Below are positions 1 through 9,977 of a stretch of DNA of 59,489 bases, one piece after another. The stretch spans positions 1 to 59,489 of the forward strand of contig JAABUE010000001.1 of the NCBI GenBank assembly GCA_011389535.1. The letters run 5' to 3'. Position numbers and translations under genes: made by a program. Under the pieces are notes generated by a model. It was not told the origin of the DNA. It saw only the letters and a program-made list of their open reading frames with translations, and made no database searches. Numbering within the stretch: position 1 is the first letter of the stretch; each line of letters opens with the position of its first letter. Origin of the DNA: Anaerolineales bacterium (lineage in GTDB: Bacteria > Chloroflexota > Anaerolineae > Anaerolineales > Villigracilaceae).

Positions 1-64
1 GGTGGTGCGACGCCAGGCCGAAGGAACCCTCGCACCGTAAAATCACGATGAAAGGAGAACGAAC

Positions 65-625
65 ATGGGAAAGGTAATTTTGGGAGCGACAATGTCAATA
101 GATGGGTTCATCAACGACCAAAGTGGCAGCGTGCAGGCGCTATATTCCGACCTCGCCGCTTTGCGAGAAACCGAGCCCTTAAAGGAGTCCATCCAAAACA
201 CGGGGGCGGTAGTGATGGGGCGAAATTCGTTCGCCATGGCAGAAGACCCGGACTTATTAGCGGGGAATTACGAATACCAGGTGCCCATATTCGTACTCAC
301 CCACCAGCCTCCGGAGAAACATCCGAAAGAGACCGACGCATTAACGTTTACTTTCGTGACGGATGGCATCGAAAGTGCTATCCGACAGGCTAAAACGGCC
401 GCCGGCGACAAAGATGTGACAGTAATAGGCGCTGCAAGCACCGCCCAACAATGCCTAAGGGCTGGCCTTGCCGATGAATTACACGTTGACATCATGCCAA
501 TGCTCTTGTGCGCCGGTCTTCGGCTGTTCGAGGATCTCGGCATGGAACAAATTCAACTGGAAAGAATGCAGGTCACGGAGCTTCCTGCTGGTAGAACACA
601 TCTGAAATTTCGGATTGTAAAGTAG
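65..625 (+). CDS. Dihydrofolate reductase family protein (RibD C-terminal / YwjB-like)
   Basis: 186-aa ORF with a GGAG-type RBS (aaaggagaac) just upstream. N-terminal GKVILGATMSIDGF and VTVIGAASTAQQ motifs are typical of RibD_C/DHFR-like reductases. Confidence 0.7.
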   Translation: MGKVILGATMSIDGFINDQSGSVQALYSDLAALRETEPLKESIQNTGAVVMGRNSFAMAEDPDLLAGNYEYQVPIFVLTHQPPEKHPKETDALTFTFVTDGIESAIRQAKTAAGDKDVTVIGAASTAQQCLRAGLADELHVDIMPMLLCAGLRLFEDLGMEQIQLERMQVTELPAGRTHLKFRIVK

Positions 626-656
626 CATTATTTGCATCGGTAAAGGATAAATCACT

Positions 657-1031
657 ATGACTGATAACAAAAAGGATGCCGCCGTTGCCTTCCTTAAAAT
701 GGCCTCCAGTGGAGATGTCCGGGAAGCCTACGCTAAATTCGTAGGGGAAGGGTTTCGGCATCACAATCCATATTTCGAGGGGTCGGCAGATTCCCTTCAA
801 GCAGGAATGGAGGAAAATGCACGCCAGAACCCGGACAAGGCCCTGGAGGTAAAGCGGGTGATCGCTGAGGGCGATCTTGTGGTAGTACACGCCTATGTGC
901 GCCACAAGCCCGATGACCTCGGCGCGGCTCTTGTCCATATCTTCAGGTTTGAGAATGGTCGCATTGTGGAACTCTGGGACCTTGGACAACCAGTGCTAGA
1001 GGAGTCGCCCAACCAGTATGGGATGTTCTAG
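657..1031 (+). CDS. SnoaL-like / NTF2-fold protein
   Basis: 124-aa ORF. The size and the C-terminal FRFENGRIVELWD motif resemble the SnoaL-like fold family. Confidence 0.55.
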   Translation: MTDNKKDAAVAFLKMASSGDVREAYAKFVGEGFRHHNPYFEGSADSLQAGMEENARQNPDKALEVKRVIAEGDLVVVHAYVRHKPDDLGAALVHIFRFENGRIVELWDLGQPVLEESPNQYGMF

Positions 1032-1088
1032 ATGAAATTCAAACTGCGTCAGGTACGGAGAATTTGAATTGATAAGGAGAGTGATCGT

Positions 1089-1487
1089 ATGCAAAAGGTA
1101 ACTACCTTCTTAATGTTTGATGGCAAGGCTGAAGAAGCAATGAAGCTTTACACTTCCTTGTTCAAGGACTCAGCCATAATAAGCATCTCCCGTTATGAAG
1201 CAAAGGAGGCAGGCACTGAAGGGACAGTCCGGCACGCAACTTTTACCATCCACGGGCAAACGTTCATGTGCATAGATAGCAGTGTCATGCATGCGTTTAC
1301 GTTTACTCCTGCCATGTCACTTTACGTAAACTGTGAAACGGAAGATGAGATTGATACCCTTTTCGAGAAGCTCTCGCAGGATGGAGAAGTGCTAATGCCA
1401 TTAAATTCTTATCCGTTCAGTGAGAAATTCGTCTGGATTAACGATAGATATGGAGTCTCCTGGCAATTGAGTTTTGCCCAAAAATGA
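1089..1487 (+). CDS. VOC (glyoxalase-fold) protein, PhnB/YjdN-like
   Basis: 132-aa ORF with RBS aaggagag. TTFLMFDGKAEEAMKLY and FSEKFVWINDRYGVSWQL are hallmark segments of the 3-demethylubiquinone-9 3-methyltransferase-domain (PhnB-like) family. Confidence 0.65.
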   Translation: MQKVTTFLMFDGKAEEAMKLYTSLFKDSAIISISRYEAKEAGTEGTVRHATFTIHGQTFMCIDSSVMHAFTFTPAMSLYVNCETEDEIDTLFEKLSQDGEVLMPLNSYPFSEKFVWINDRYGVSWQLSFAQK

Positions 1488-1567
1488 GTTTTGTTTTCGA
1501 CTTCCAGTCATTTGACTCGTTCTTTGTCGAGACGATTTAGCACACTTCCCAGAAAAGGAGAGCAAGT

Positions 1568-2404
1568 ATGAATAAGATCAAGGAAGATCCAAATTCAACG
1601 AACAAGGATTTTCGTAGCGGTTATGAATTGGTGAACGGCCTCAGTATGTATTACGAAATTCACGGTAGTGGTCAACCGTTGGTTCTGCTGCACGGTGCGT
1701 TTTCGGCCATCGGTACCTCTTTTGGAAAGGTGTTGCCTTCCCTTGCAAAGAACCGGCAAGTGATCGCTTTCGAGTTGCAAGGACATGGCCGTACTGCGGA
1801 TATCGACCGCCCAATGACACTGGAAGGGATGGCTGATGATGTCGCCGCCGCACTCCGACGACTTGGGATTGAGCACACCGATCTCTTTGGCTATAGCATG
1901 GGAGCTGGCGTTGCTCTGCACCTCACCATAAGGCACCCGGAATTGGTTCGCAAGCTTGTGCTCGCTTCGGTCACTTACACCTTGAGCGGCGTCCATCCTG
2001 GGCTTATGGAAGGGTTAGGAGAAATGACACCCGAGATGATGTTCGGGTCTCCCTGGCACGAAGAGTACACCCGCGTTGCCCCGCATCCAGAGCATTTCAC
2101 CAGATTGTTCGCCAAAAAGACGGAGATGGATCGTCAAATCAGAGATCTACCCGCCGAGGCAATCCGTGCAATTAAGGCACCCACCCTACTCATCATTGGG
2201 GATTCGGACCTCGTTCGCCCTGAACACGCAGTGGAGATGTTTCGACTGCTTGGCGGCGGAGTTTTCGGTGATACCCCGGCCGGTCTGTCTGATTCACAAC
2301 TCGCCGTACTACCCGGGACATCGCACGTGACGCTTGTGAACCGCGCTGATTGGTTGGTTTCGATGATCGAAGCATTTCTTGATGCGCCTGTAAAAGATGA
2401 ATAG
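1568..2404 (+). CDS. Alpha/beta hydrolase
   Basis: 278-aa ORF with RBS aaaaggagag. It has the LVLLHGAF oxyanion region, a GYSMGAG nucleophile elbow and a C-terminal GTSHV histidine motif. Confidence 0.8.
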   Translation: MNKIKEDPNSTNKDFRSGYELVNGLSMYYEIHGSGQPLVLLHGAFSAIGTSFGKVLPSLAKNRQVIAFELQGHGRTADIDRPMTLEGMADDVAAALRRLGIEHTDLFGYSMGAGVALHLTIRHPELVRKLVLASVTYTLSGVHPGLMEGLGEMTPEMMFGSPWHEEYTRVAPHPEHFTRLFAKKTEMDRQIRDLPAEAIRAIKAPTLLIIGDSDLVRPEHAVEMFRLLGGGVFGDTPAGLSDSQLAVLPGTSHVTLVNRADWLVSMIEAFLDAPVKDE

Positions 2405-2432
2405 TGGGCAAAAGAAAAGTGAGGCAAAATCG

Positions 2433-2984
2433 ATGAACGCGATCACACGGACACACCTGGATAACATCCGCGCCAAAGATAGAGAGCTACAAAATAAGGC
2501 CTTTTCTTATCTTATGGAGGCAACGGAAAAGCCGGTTGACTGGGCCTACGAGGCCTGGGATGAACTGGCAGCAGGCTTAAGCGATAAAGACAACCACGTG
2601 AGAGCGATTACCTCCCAGATCCTGGCTAACCTGGTAAAAAACGATCCGGAAAAACGGATGCTCAGAGATTTTGACGCATTGCTCGAGGTTACAAGAGATG
2701 CCAGGTTCGTCACTGCCAGGCATTGCATGCAATCCATCTGGAAGGTGGGAGCAGCAGGCAAGGAACAACAGAAGATGTTGGTGGATGGTCTTGAACGACG
2801 GTTTGACGAGTGTATCAATGAGAAAAACTGGAGCCTTATCCGCTACGATATCATCCAGGGACTCAGGGATCTATATGACGAGATACAGGATGAAGGAGTC
2901 AAGGAAAAGGCCCTGGAGTTGATCGAGACAGAACAAGATCTCAAGTATCGAAAGAAGTATGCAGGTCTGTGGAGAGGTAAGTAA
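2433..2984 (+). CDS. Hypothetical protein, helical HEAT/ARM-like
   Basis: The ORF runs 2397..2984. The internal Met at 2433 is preferred because it follows gtgagg and avoids overlapping the upstream stop. No catalytic motif was recognised. Confidence 0.45.
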   Translation: MNAITRTHLDNIRAKDRELQNKAFSYLMEATEKPVDWAYEAWDELAAGLSDKDNHVRAITSQILANLVKNDPEKRMLRDFDALLEVTRDARFVTARHCMQSIWKVGAAGKEQQKMLVDGLERRFDECINEKNWSLIRYDIIQGLRDLYDEIQDEGVKEKALELIETEQDLKYRKKYAGLWRGK

Positions 2985-3073
2985 GGAACTTAATATTGAG
3001 GAGTACACGAACCAAAAGTTGTTCTGTACAAAGAGTTGACGTAGGGCAGGATGCCATTGCCCTACTATAACAA

Positions 3074-3110
3074 AAAACGGTTTCCTTTTTCGGAAGCCGT
3101 TTTACTTTTT
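3074..3110. terminator. Bidirectional intrinsic terminator between convergent genes
   Basis: A 12-bp stem (aaaacggtttcc / ggaagccgtttt) with a 6-nt loop, an A-run upstream and acttttt downstream. It sits between the + gene ending at 2984 and the - gene ending at 3201. Confidence 0.6.
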
Positions 3111-3200
3111 GACCACAAGCGAAGGGATTCCGCTGGGGAACGGAAAAGACCCGGGGCTGGCTGGCAGATCATCAGTCCCGCACGAGGCGGCCGGGATTCG

Positions 3201-3482
3201 TCAGGCCATGGAGATTTCCAGTTTATGGATCTCGGTTTCGAGACTTTCCAGTTTATCCTCAAGGTTGGATTTTTTTATAGAATAATAAACCGCCATAATC
3301 CCGGCGATCAGCAGCACCGGGATGCCAGCAAAAATAGCCAGTGGGAGCAGCAAAACCCCGATCGCGATTCCCCACACGCTCCACTTGAGCCGCTGATTTG
3401 CCTTCTGGATTTCTATTTCGAACTTACTTTTTTGGTTTTCAAGCTCGGTGAGTTGCAATTTCATATTCGCCAGAGATGACAT
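3201..3482 (-). CDS. Small membrane protein with flanking coiled-coil segments (hypothetical)
   Basis: 93-aa ORF with an AAGGAG RBS 7 nt upstream of the ATG. A central hydrophobic hairpin (WGIAIGVLLLPLAIFAGIPVLLIAGIMAVYY) is flanked by heptad-like charged segments. Confidence 0.55.
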   Translation of the reverse strand: MSSLANMKLQLTELENQKSKFEIEIQKANQRLKWSVWGIAIGVLLLPLAIFAGIPVLLIAGIMAVYYSIKKSNLEDKLESLETEIHKLEISMA

Positions 3483-3555
3483 GGATGTAACTCCTTGTGC
3501 GGCAATCCCGCTAATGTGCGACGGTGTTGTGGTAGCTCATCGTTGCTCTGTCACT

Positions 3556-4209
3556 TCAAGAGGTCATAATTTTAATATTTAACCGTTCATCCTCAGAAAA
3601 AACGCGCCGCAAAGACACCCAAAGGATCATATACATTTCCACACCACGAGAGGTAGTAATATCGCCCAGGTCGATAATCGACTTCCAACCAAACCAGTCC
3701 CTCAAGATCATCGTGACTTTCCCTTTGGCATTTAGGTCGTTCCCACTGACAAAAACATTCGTTCTTCCTGGAATCTTGTCCGGATCAACCATCAGATTAA
3801 AGTTCATCGTATTAAGAGTCTTGACCACACGCGCCTCAGGAAAAGCCCGTTGGATTTGCTCGCCCAAAGAATCTGTATTACAAACTGTGAGGGATAATTG
3901 TTCAGTCGAATAATCGAAGGGATTTGAAACATCGATTAAGATTTTGCCTTTCAGGTTTTCAGCCCCGGCCTGATGCAAAGCATCTAAAGACGCCGCTCCC
4001 AACGTACAATTGAAGACAATTTCACCGAATGCTGCTGCATTCCTAAAATTCCCGTATAAAGCATGATGCCCGCCCAATTTCTTTGCCCAGGCAATGGCTT
4101 TGGGGTTTGCTTCATCACGTGAGCCCAGCAAAACTTCATGTCCCAGTTGAAACAGCTTGGTACCAATGGTCCTTCCCACCAACCCCGTGCCTAATACGCC
4201 AATTTCCAT
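3556..4209 (-). CDS. NAD(P)-binding oxidoreductase (F420-dependent NADP reductase-like family)
   Basis: The start is placed at MEIGVLGTGLVGRTIG (Rossmann GxGxxG), preceded by ggagaggagac. The 28-codon upstream extension in the ORF track runs into the tandem repeat and is unlikely to be coding. Confidence 0.65.
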   Translation of the reverse strand: MEIGVLGTGLVGRTIGTKLFQLGHEVLLGSRDEANPKAIAWAKKLGGHHALYGNFRNAAAFGEIVFNCTLGAASLDALHQAGAENLKGKILIDVSNPFDYSTEQLSLTVCNTDSLGEQIQRAFPEARVVKTLNTMNFNLMVDPDKIPGRTNVFVSGNDLNAKGKVTMILRDWFGWKSIIDLGDITTSRGVEMYMILWVSLRRVFSEDERLNIKIMTS

Positions 4210-4295
4210 AACAGTCTCCTCTCCAGCTTCCAAGTGTAAATGTTCGAGCAAGTACCGCAACCCCGCCCCATATCGGCCGGGCAGCCAAGTCAACC

Positions 4296-4566
4296 GTAGG
4301 GTTAGACTTGATAGAGCACCTTGAAAATCAGCCGGATATCCTACAATTTAAGGAAGTTGCGGCACAAGTACCGCAATCAGGCTAACTATAAGGTCAGACT
4401 TGATAGAGCACCTTGAAAATCAACCGGATATCTTACAATTTAAGGTAGTTGCGGCACAAGTACCGCAATCAGGCTAATTATAAGGTCAGACTTGATAGAG
4501 CACCTTGAAAATCAACCGGATATCTTACAATTTAAGGTAGTTGCGGCACAAGTATACTGCAATCGA
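4296..4566. repeat. Tandem repeat, 92-bp unit, about 3 copies
   Basis: The agacttgatagagcaccttgaaaatca motif starts at 4304, 4396 and 4488, an exact 92-bp period with a few SNPs between copies. Each unit contains the hairpin ttgcgg-cacaagta-ccgcaa. A partial copy (gcaagtaccgcaa) lies at about 4249-4262. Confidence 0.9.
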
Positions 4567-4635
4567 CAAAAATCCAGCTATAGGTGGTGCCCCGGACTCA
4601 GATCCCTGAAAAACCGGCATCGTGCAGAAATTTTC

Positions 4636-5307
4636 TTACACATACGGTTGGGTCTGTGCGTAATCTCGCTCCGGTCTTTTCTTGTCTGCCTTAGCCATCT
4701 TCGTCTTGAGCCACTTCAGGCGGAATGTTTCTTCCCGTTCACGCTCTTCCAGGGCGCTCTTGATGAAAAGAACCGTCTCCTCATAATCCGGGATGAAGAT
4801 GTGCTGCAAGGCATTGACGCGCCGCAACGTTTTGCGCAATTCCCCGGCCAGCCGCCAAACAGACGTCACCAACTCGGAGAGCTCGGGGACACGTTCCAGC
4901 ACCTTGCGAAAGGCAGCGCTCGCCTCGTCCAGCGTCGCTTTGGTATCGCCCAGGCTGTAGGGCATTTCGGGCAGGCCCCCGCTGGCTTCGATCACAGGGA
5001 TCGGTACGCCCATCACCCCGCGCAGCTTGAGGTTTACATCCACCGTTTTGTGGATCGCCAGAGAAGCCCGTTCAACGTGGTCCTCTCCCATGGTCAGTTG
5101 GGCCTGTTCGAGCGCGCGATACGCTTCCGCCACCAGATTCCAGACTTCTTCCTGAACAACCTGGGCGTTGTGGGCCATCTGGATCAATTCTGTGGTCAGC
5201 ACTTCACGCTTACGGTCCAGGATCTCGTAGCCTTCTCGGGCGAAGCGCAGCTCCTGCTTCATGCGCAGCAGGTTGCTACGAGTCGGTGGAATGTTAATCG
5301 CAGTCAT
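4636..5307 (-). CDS. ntpD: V/A-type ATP synthase subunit D
   Basis: 223 aa. The N-terminus [30 protein letters not shown] is characteristic of V-type subunit D. Its start overlaps the subunit B stop (ATGA). Confidence 0.9.
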   Translation of the reverse strand: MTAINIPPTRSNLLRMKQELRFAREGYEILDRKREVLTTELIQMAHNAQVVQEEVWNLVAEAYRALEQAQLTMGEDHVERASLAIHKTVDVNLKLRGVMGVPIPVIEASGGLPEMPYSLGDTKATLDEASAAFRKVLERVPELSELVTSVWRLAGELRKTLRRVNALQHIFIPDYEETVLFIKSALEEREREETFRLKWLKTKMAKADKKRPERDYAQTQPYV

Positions 5308-6719
5308 GCGCTCCCCTTATAATACTCATCGAGCTCACTCTGGGAAACGCGGGTGAGTTCTTCCTGCGGCAGCATAGACAGCAGACGCCAACCAATGTTC
5401 AAAGTGGCCTCGATGCTGCGGTTTTCGGTGAGACCCTGGTTCACGACTTCCTGTTCAAATGCCTTTCCAAATCTCACGTATTGCTGGTCTACCTCTGAAA
5501 GCTCCTCTTCGCCGATAACCGAGGCCAACGCGCGGACATCCTGGACGTGAGCATACGCTGCGAAGAGCTGTGAAGCCCAGTGACTATGGTCGGCGCGAGT
5601 CTTTCCTTCACCAATCCCGTCTTTCGCCAGGCGCGACAGGCTGGGGAGCACGGCTACCGGCGGGTAAATACCCTGGTGGTCCAGGTCGCGGCTAAGCGTA
5701 ATCTGGCCTTCCGTGATATAGCCCGTCAGGTCTGGGACCGGGTGGGTGATATCGTCGTTCGGCATGGTCAGGATCGGGAGCTGGGTGATTGACCCTTCGC
5801 TGGACTTGATCCGGCCGGTGCGCTCGTACAACGCGGCCAGGTCGCTGTAGAGATAGCCAGGATACCCTTTACGGCTGGGCACCTCGCCGCGGATGTTCGA
5901 AATCTCGCGCAGCGCTTCGCAATAGTTGGTCATGTCGGTCATGATGACCAGCACGTGCATGCCTTTCTCAAAGGCAAGAAATTCGGCCAGAGTGAGGGCC
6001 GCGCGTGGAGTGACCAGGCGCTCGACCGGCGGGTCGTCCGCCAGGTTGAGGAACATGGTCACGCGGGTGAGGGCGCCGCTTTCCGTAAAGGACTCGCGGA
6101 AGTAAGCCGCAACATCGTTCTTGACGCCCATCGCTGCGAATACGATCGAGAACTGCTGTTCTTTCGCCGGCGGTTGGCCGACCGGGACGCCCAGCGCTAC
6201 CTGGCGTACTATCTGGGCCGCCAGCTGGTCGTGCGGCAGTCCGGCTGCTGAAAAGATCGGCAGCTTCTGGCCGCGCAAGAGGGTGTTCATCCCATCGATG
6301 GTCGAGATACCCGTCTGAATGTAGTCGACCGGATATACGCGGGCTGTCGGATTGATCGGCGACCCGTTGATATCGGCGTAACGCTCAGCAAGAGGCTCCG
6401 GGCCGCCATCGATCGGGCGCCCCAGCCCGTCGAAGATACGGCCCAACATCTCCTCCGCGACCGGGATGTGATAAGGCTGGCCCGTGAACTGGATGCGGGT
6501 TCCATCGATCGAAAGACCGGATGTCCCGGCAAACACTTCAATAACGGCCAGGCCTTCACCAACTTCGAGCACACGTCCATAGCGCATACGCCCGCGCGCG
6601 TCGATAATCTCTACCACCTCATCGTAACCCACGCTCCCGATCCCCTCTACGAAGACCAGCGGGCCTTCGATGCGGCTTACACCGAGGACTTCATTTACGC
6701 CTAAATCGGATGCACTCAT
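5304..6719 (-). CDS. ntpB: V/A-type ATP synthase subunit B
   Basis: 471 aa with V-type B signatures ([29 protein letters not shown]). It has ATGA overlaps with both neighbours. Confidence 0.95.
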   Translation of the reverse strand: MSASDLGVNEVLGVSRIEGPLVFVEGIGSVGYDEVVEIIDARGRMRYGRVLEVGEGLAVIEVFAGTSGLSIDGTRIQFTGQPYHIPVAEEMLGRIFDGLGRPIDGGPEPLAERYADINGSPINPTARVYPVDYIQTGISTIDGMNTLLRGQKLPIFSAAGLPHDQLAAQIVRQVALGVPVGQPPAKEQQFSIVFAAMGVKNDVAAYFRESFTESGALTRVTMFLNLADDPPVERLVTPRAALTLAEFLAFEKGMHVLVIMTDMTNYCEALREISNIRGEVPSRKGYPGYLYSDLAALYERTGRIKSSEGSITQLPILTMPNDDITHPVPDLTGYITEGQITLSRDLDHQGIYPPVAVLPSLSRLAKDGIGEGKTRADHSHWASQLFAAYAHVQDVRALASVIGEEELSEVDQQYVRFGKAFEQEVVNQGLTENRSIEATLNIGWRLLSMLPQEELTRVSQSELDEYYKGSA

Positions 6720-8482
6720 ACATACTCCGCTTCTAATTGTTCCAATTGCTGGTCGATTTCCTTCTGGATTTCATCGAATTTTTCCAGCTCATCGTTCCCC
6801 ACCAGGGTTTTCATACGAATCATGGTGTTCACCACCGGCAGGTCATGGATCGCAGAGATCAGCGCCCCTTGTTTGATGATCCGCTGCGCGTGCCGGTGGA
6901 AATTCAAGATCAAGCCCAGCATGCGGATCTGCTTCTCCACGGGAGAATACGCATCCACCGGGTCGAAGGAGTTCTGCTGCAGGAACCCTTCCCGCAACAG
7001 ACGGGCTGTTTCCAGGATCAGGCGCTGCTCGTCGGGCAGCGTATCGGAGCCGACCAATTTGACGATCTGTTGGAGGCGGCTTTCTTCGCTCAGGAGCTCC
7101 ATCGCATAGGCGCGCATAGCATGCCAGTCCTGGCCGACCTCATCGCGCCACCAGCTGGCAACGCCTTCGATATATTCGCTGTAGCTGTCCAGCCAGTTGA
7201 TAGACGGATAATGGCGAGCCGAAGCCAGGGACTTGTCCAGCGCCCAGAAGCAACGGATGAAGCGTTTGGTATGCTGCGTGACCGGCTCCGAGAAATCGCC
7301 GCCGGGAGGCGAAACCGCTCCCACCACGCTGATCGAGCCGGCCTGGCCGTTCAGCGTTTCGACGTGACCAGCTCGTTCGTAGAATTCAGCCAGTCGGTCG
7401 GCCAAGTAGGCCGGATAACCCTCTTCTGCCGGTAACTCTTCGAGACGGCCAGAAATCTCGCGCAGAGCTTCCGCCCAGCGGGAGGTCGAGTCGGCCATCA
7501 GGGCCACGTGGTAGCCCATATCGCGGTAATATTCGGCGATCGTGATGCCCGTGTAGATGCTGGCCTCTCGGGCCGCAACGGGCATATTGGAGGTATTGGC
7601 GATCAGGACCGTGCGCTCCATCAACGGACGGTCGGTGCGCGGGTCGACCAAGTGCGGGAACTCTTGCAGCACCTCCGTCATCTCATTGCCACGCTCCCCG
7701 CAGCCGATGTATACGATCACCTGCGCGTCCGCCCATTTGGCGATACTGTGCTGGGTGACCGTCTTGCCAGACCCGAACGCCCCCGGAATGGCAGCGGTCC
7801 CGCCCTTCGCCAGCGGGAAGAACGTATCCAGCACGCGTTGACCGGTGATCAATGGCTCGGTCATGGACCGGCGCATCTGGTAAGGACGCGCCCTGCGAAC
7901 CGGCCATCGCTGAAGCATGGTCAGCTCTTTTTCACCGGATTCAGTTTCAACCCGGGCAATTGGCTCGTCAATCGTGTACTGTTTCGCCGGTGCGATCCAG
8001 GTCAAAGTGCCCTGCACATCGGGGGGAACCATCACACGGTGTTCCAGGGCTTCGGTCTCAGGGACAGTGCCAATGATCGTGCCGCCGCTCACTTTGTCAC
8101 CCACCTGAAGTTTGGGGGTGAAATCCCAGCGGTCTTCCCGGTTAAGGGAATCCACGTGGATCCCGCGCCCAATAAACGATCCGCTGAGGGCCTCGATTAC
8201 AGGCAGGGGCCGCTGCACGCCGTCGAAAATACTGCGCAGCAGTCCAGGCGCCAGTTCCACTGAAAGCGGCAGCCCGGTATCATAGACAGGCGCGCCGGGG
8301 TGCATCCCTGAAGTCTCTTCATACACCTGGATGGTGATGACGTTGCCGTTCAAGCCGATCACCTCGCCCACCAGCTGGTCCTCACCCACCTCCACCAGGT
8401 CCATCATGCTGACGTACCGCGAGCCCTCGGCGCGGACAACCGGCCCGTTAATCCAGGTGACAGTTCCGACTTGCTCGCTCAT
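6716..8482 (-). CDS. ntpA: V/A-type ATP synthase catalytic subunit A
   Basis: 588 aa with Walker [10 protein letters not shown] and typical A-subunit segments ([21 protein letters not shown]). No intein-sized insertion is present. Confidence 0.95.
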   Translation of the reverse strand: MSEQVGTVTWINGPVVRAEGSRYVSMMDLVEVGEDQLVGEVIGLNGNVITIQVYEETSGMHPGAPVYDTGLPLSVELAPGLLRSIFDGVQRPLPVIEALSGSFIGRGIHVDSLNREDRWDFTPKLQVGDKVSGGTIIGTVPETEALEHRVMVPPDVQGTLTWIAPAKQYTIDEPIARVETESGEKELTMLQRWPVRRARPYQMRRSMTEPLITGQRVLDTFFPLAKGGTAAIPGAFGSGKTVTQHSIAKWADAQVIVYIGCGERGNEMTEVLQEFPHLVDPRTDRPLMERTVLIANTSNMPVAAREASIYTGITIAEYYRDMGYHVALMADSTSRWAEALREISGRLEELPAEEGYPAYLADRLAEFYERAGHVETLNGQAGSISVVGAVSPPGGDFSEPVTQHTKRFIRCFWALDKSLASARHYPSINWLDSYSEYIEGVASWWRDEVGQDWHAMRAYAMELLSEESRLQQIVKLVGSDTLPDEQRLILETARLLREGFLQQNSFDPVDAYSPVEKQIRMLGLILNFHRHAQRIIKQGALISAIHDLPVVNTMIRMKTLVGNDELEKFDEIQKEIDQQLEQLEAEYV

Positions 8483-9099
8483 AAGGTTTCTCCCATCAAT
8501 ATGCGATATACCGAACCACGCAGGGAATCCTGCATTCGCTTGAGACGCGTTTCGAGGGTGTTGTCATATTGGCGATGGCCGTCTTCCGTTTCAGCGACCA
8601 CACCGTGCCCTTTCTCCAAGGGGTTTCCCAGCCGGATCTGCATACCGGTTTCCTTTGCCATATCCTCGAGAAGGCTGGTTGTCAGAGATTTCAGAGTTTC
8701 TTCATCGGCGCGAACGATGGCAGCGCTGCCGCCTAATTGCAGGATGGTTTCCCTAAAAAGGCGTTGCGCAGTTTGCTCGTAGCCAGAGCCGCGCAGCACG
8801 GATGGTAGCCGTTGTTTGGCAGTCCCAAATACTTCCTCCAACAACATTTCCCTCTGCTCCAGGAGCATCGTCCGTGATTTCAGCTGGTTTGTGGCGATCA
8901 CCTGGCTGCGAACGCGCTCGGCTTCCACGGAGGCCTGTTCCAGGATTTTGGCTCGTTCGGCTTCCGCCTGTTCCTGAGCGCGTTGCTTGATCTGCTCGGC
9001 CTTTGTCTTCGCCTCGGCGAGGATCTGCTCTGCATCGCCTTGAACATCGCTTAAGACTGCCCGGGAAAGTACCTTGATGTTTTCATCTATCGATACCAT
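8479..9099 (-). CDS. ntpE: V/A-type ATP synthase subunit E
   Basis: The track ORF begins at a TTG at 9114; the first ATG at 9099 (MVSIDENI...) is preferred. It has a long charged N-terminal helix and a globular C-terminus, and its position next to subunit A fits subunit E. Confidence 0.8.
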   Translation of the reverse strand: MVSIDENIKVLSRAVLSDVQGDAEQILAEAKTKAEQIKQRAQEQAEAERAKILEQASVEAERVRSQVIATNQLKSRTMLLEQREMLLEEVFGTAKQRLPSVLRGSGYEQTAQRLFRETILQLGGSAAIVRADEETLKSLTTSLLEDMAKETGMQIRLGNPLEKGHGVVAETEDGHRQYDNTLETRLKRMQDSLRGSVYRILMGETL

Positions 9100-9145
9100 A
9101 TATATGCTTTCCAATCTACATTATATTCATAGCCGTTGGATAATC

Positions 9146-9451
9146 TCACAGCCTTACGCCAATCGCGCTTAGCACCATTTCATTGAGGGACGGGCGGTCT
9201 GGCCTTACGCCCTCCGGGCCGGGGATTTCGACCACAAGCGGCACCGTGCTACGCAGCTTAAGGTGTTCCATTCTAGCCGCGATCAACTCCGCTACATCTT
9301 CGGTCACCAGGATAATGCCGGTATCGCTAGTGGAAAGGGCTTCATCCAGGGCCTGGTCCGCTTCGCTGGCTGTTGAAACAGCCATTCCGTGGACTCCGAC
9401 CAACGAAAATCCCAATACCGCTTCGTGACTACCAATGACCAGAATTTTCAT
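9146..9451 (-). CDS. V/A-type ATP synthase subunit F
   Basis: 101 aa. MKILVIGSHEAVLGFSLVG... is typical of subunit F, and the operon context agrees. Confidence 0.8.
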   Translation of the reverse strand: MKILVIGSHEAVLGFSLVGVHGMAVSTASEADQALDEALSTSDTGIILVTEDVAELIAARMEHLKLRSTVPLVVEIPGPEGVRPDRPSLNEMVLSAIGVRL

Positions 9452-9458
9452 CAGATCC

Positions 9459-9977
<519 letters not shown>

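Noticed and set aside
3051-3479. 142-aa + strand ORF.
   Set aside because: It overlaps the terminator hairpin and is antisense to the better-supported 93-aa membrane protein, which has an AAGGAG RBS. Its sequence is low-complexity.
4296-4566. Possible CRISPR array.
   Set aside because: The units are contiguous 92-bp tandem copies with no unique spacers, and no cas genes are nearby.
4492-5322. 276-aa + strand ORF.
   Set aside because: It lies entirely antisense to ntpD, begins inside the tandem repeat, has a low-complexity R/L/Q-rich translation and no RBS. This is typical GC-driven shadow ORF behaviour.
6737-8263. Two long + strand ORFs (232 and 251 aa).
   Set aside because: They are antisense to the clearly recognisable V-type A subunit. 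Their Arg/His/Gly-rich composition is typical of a shadow frame.
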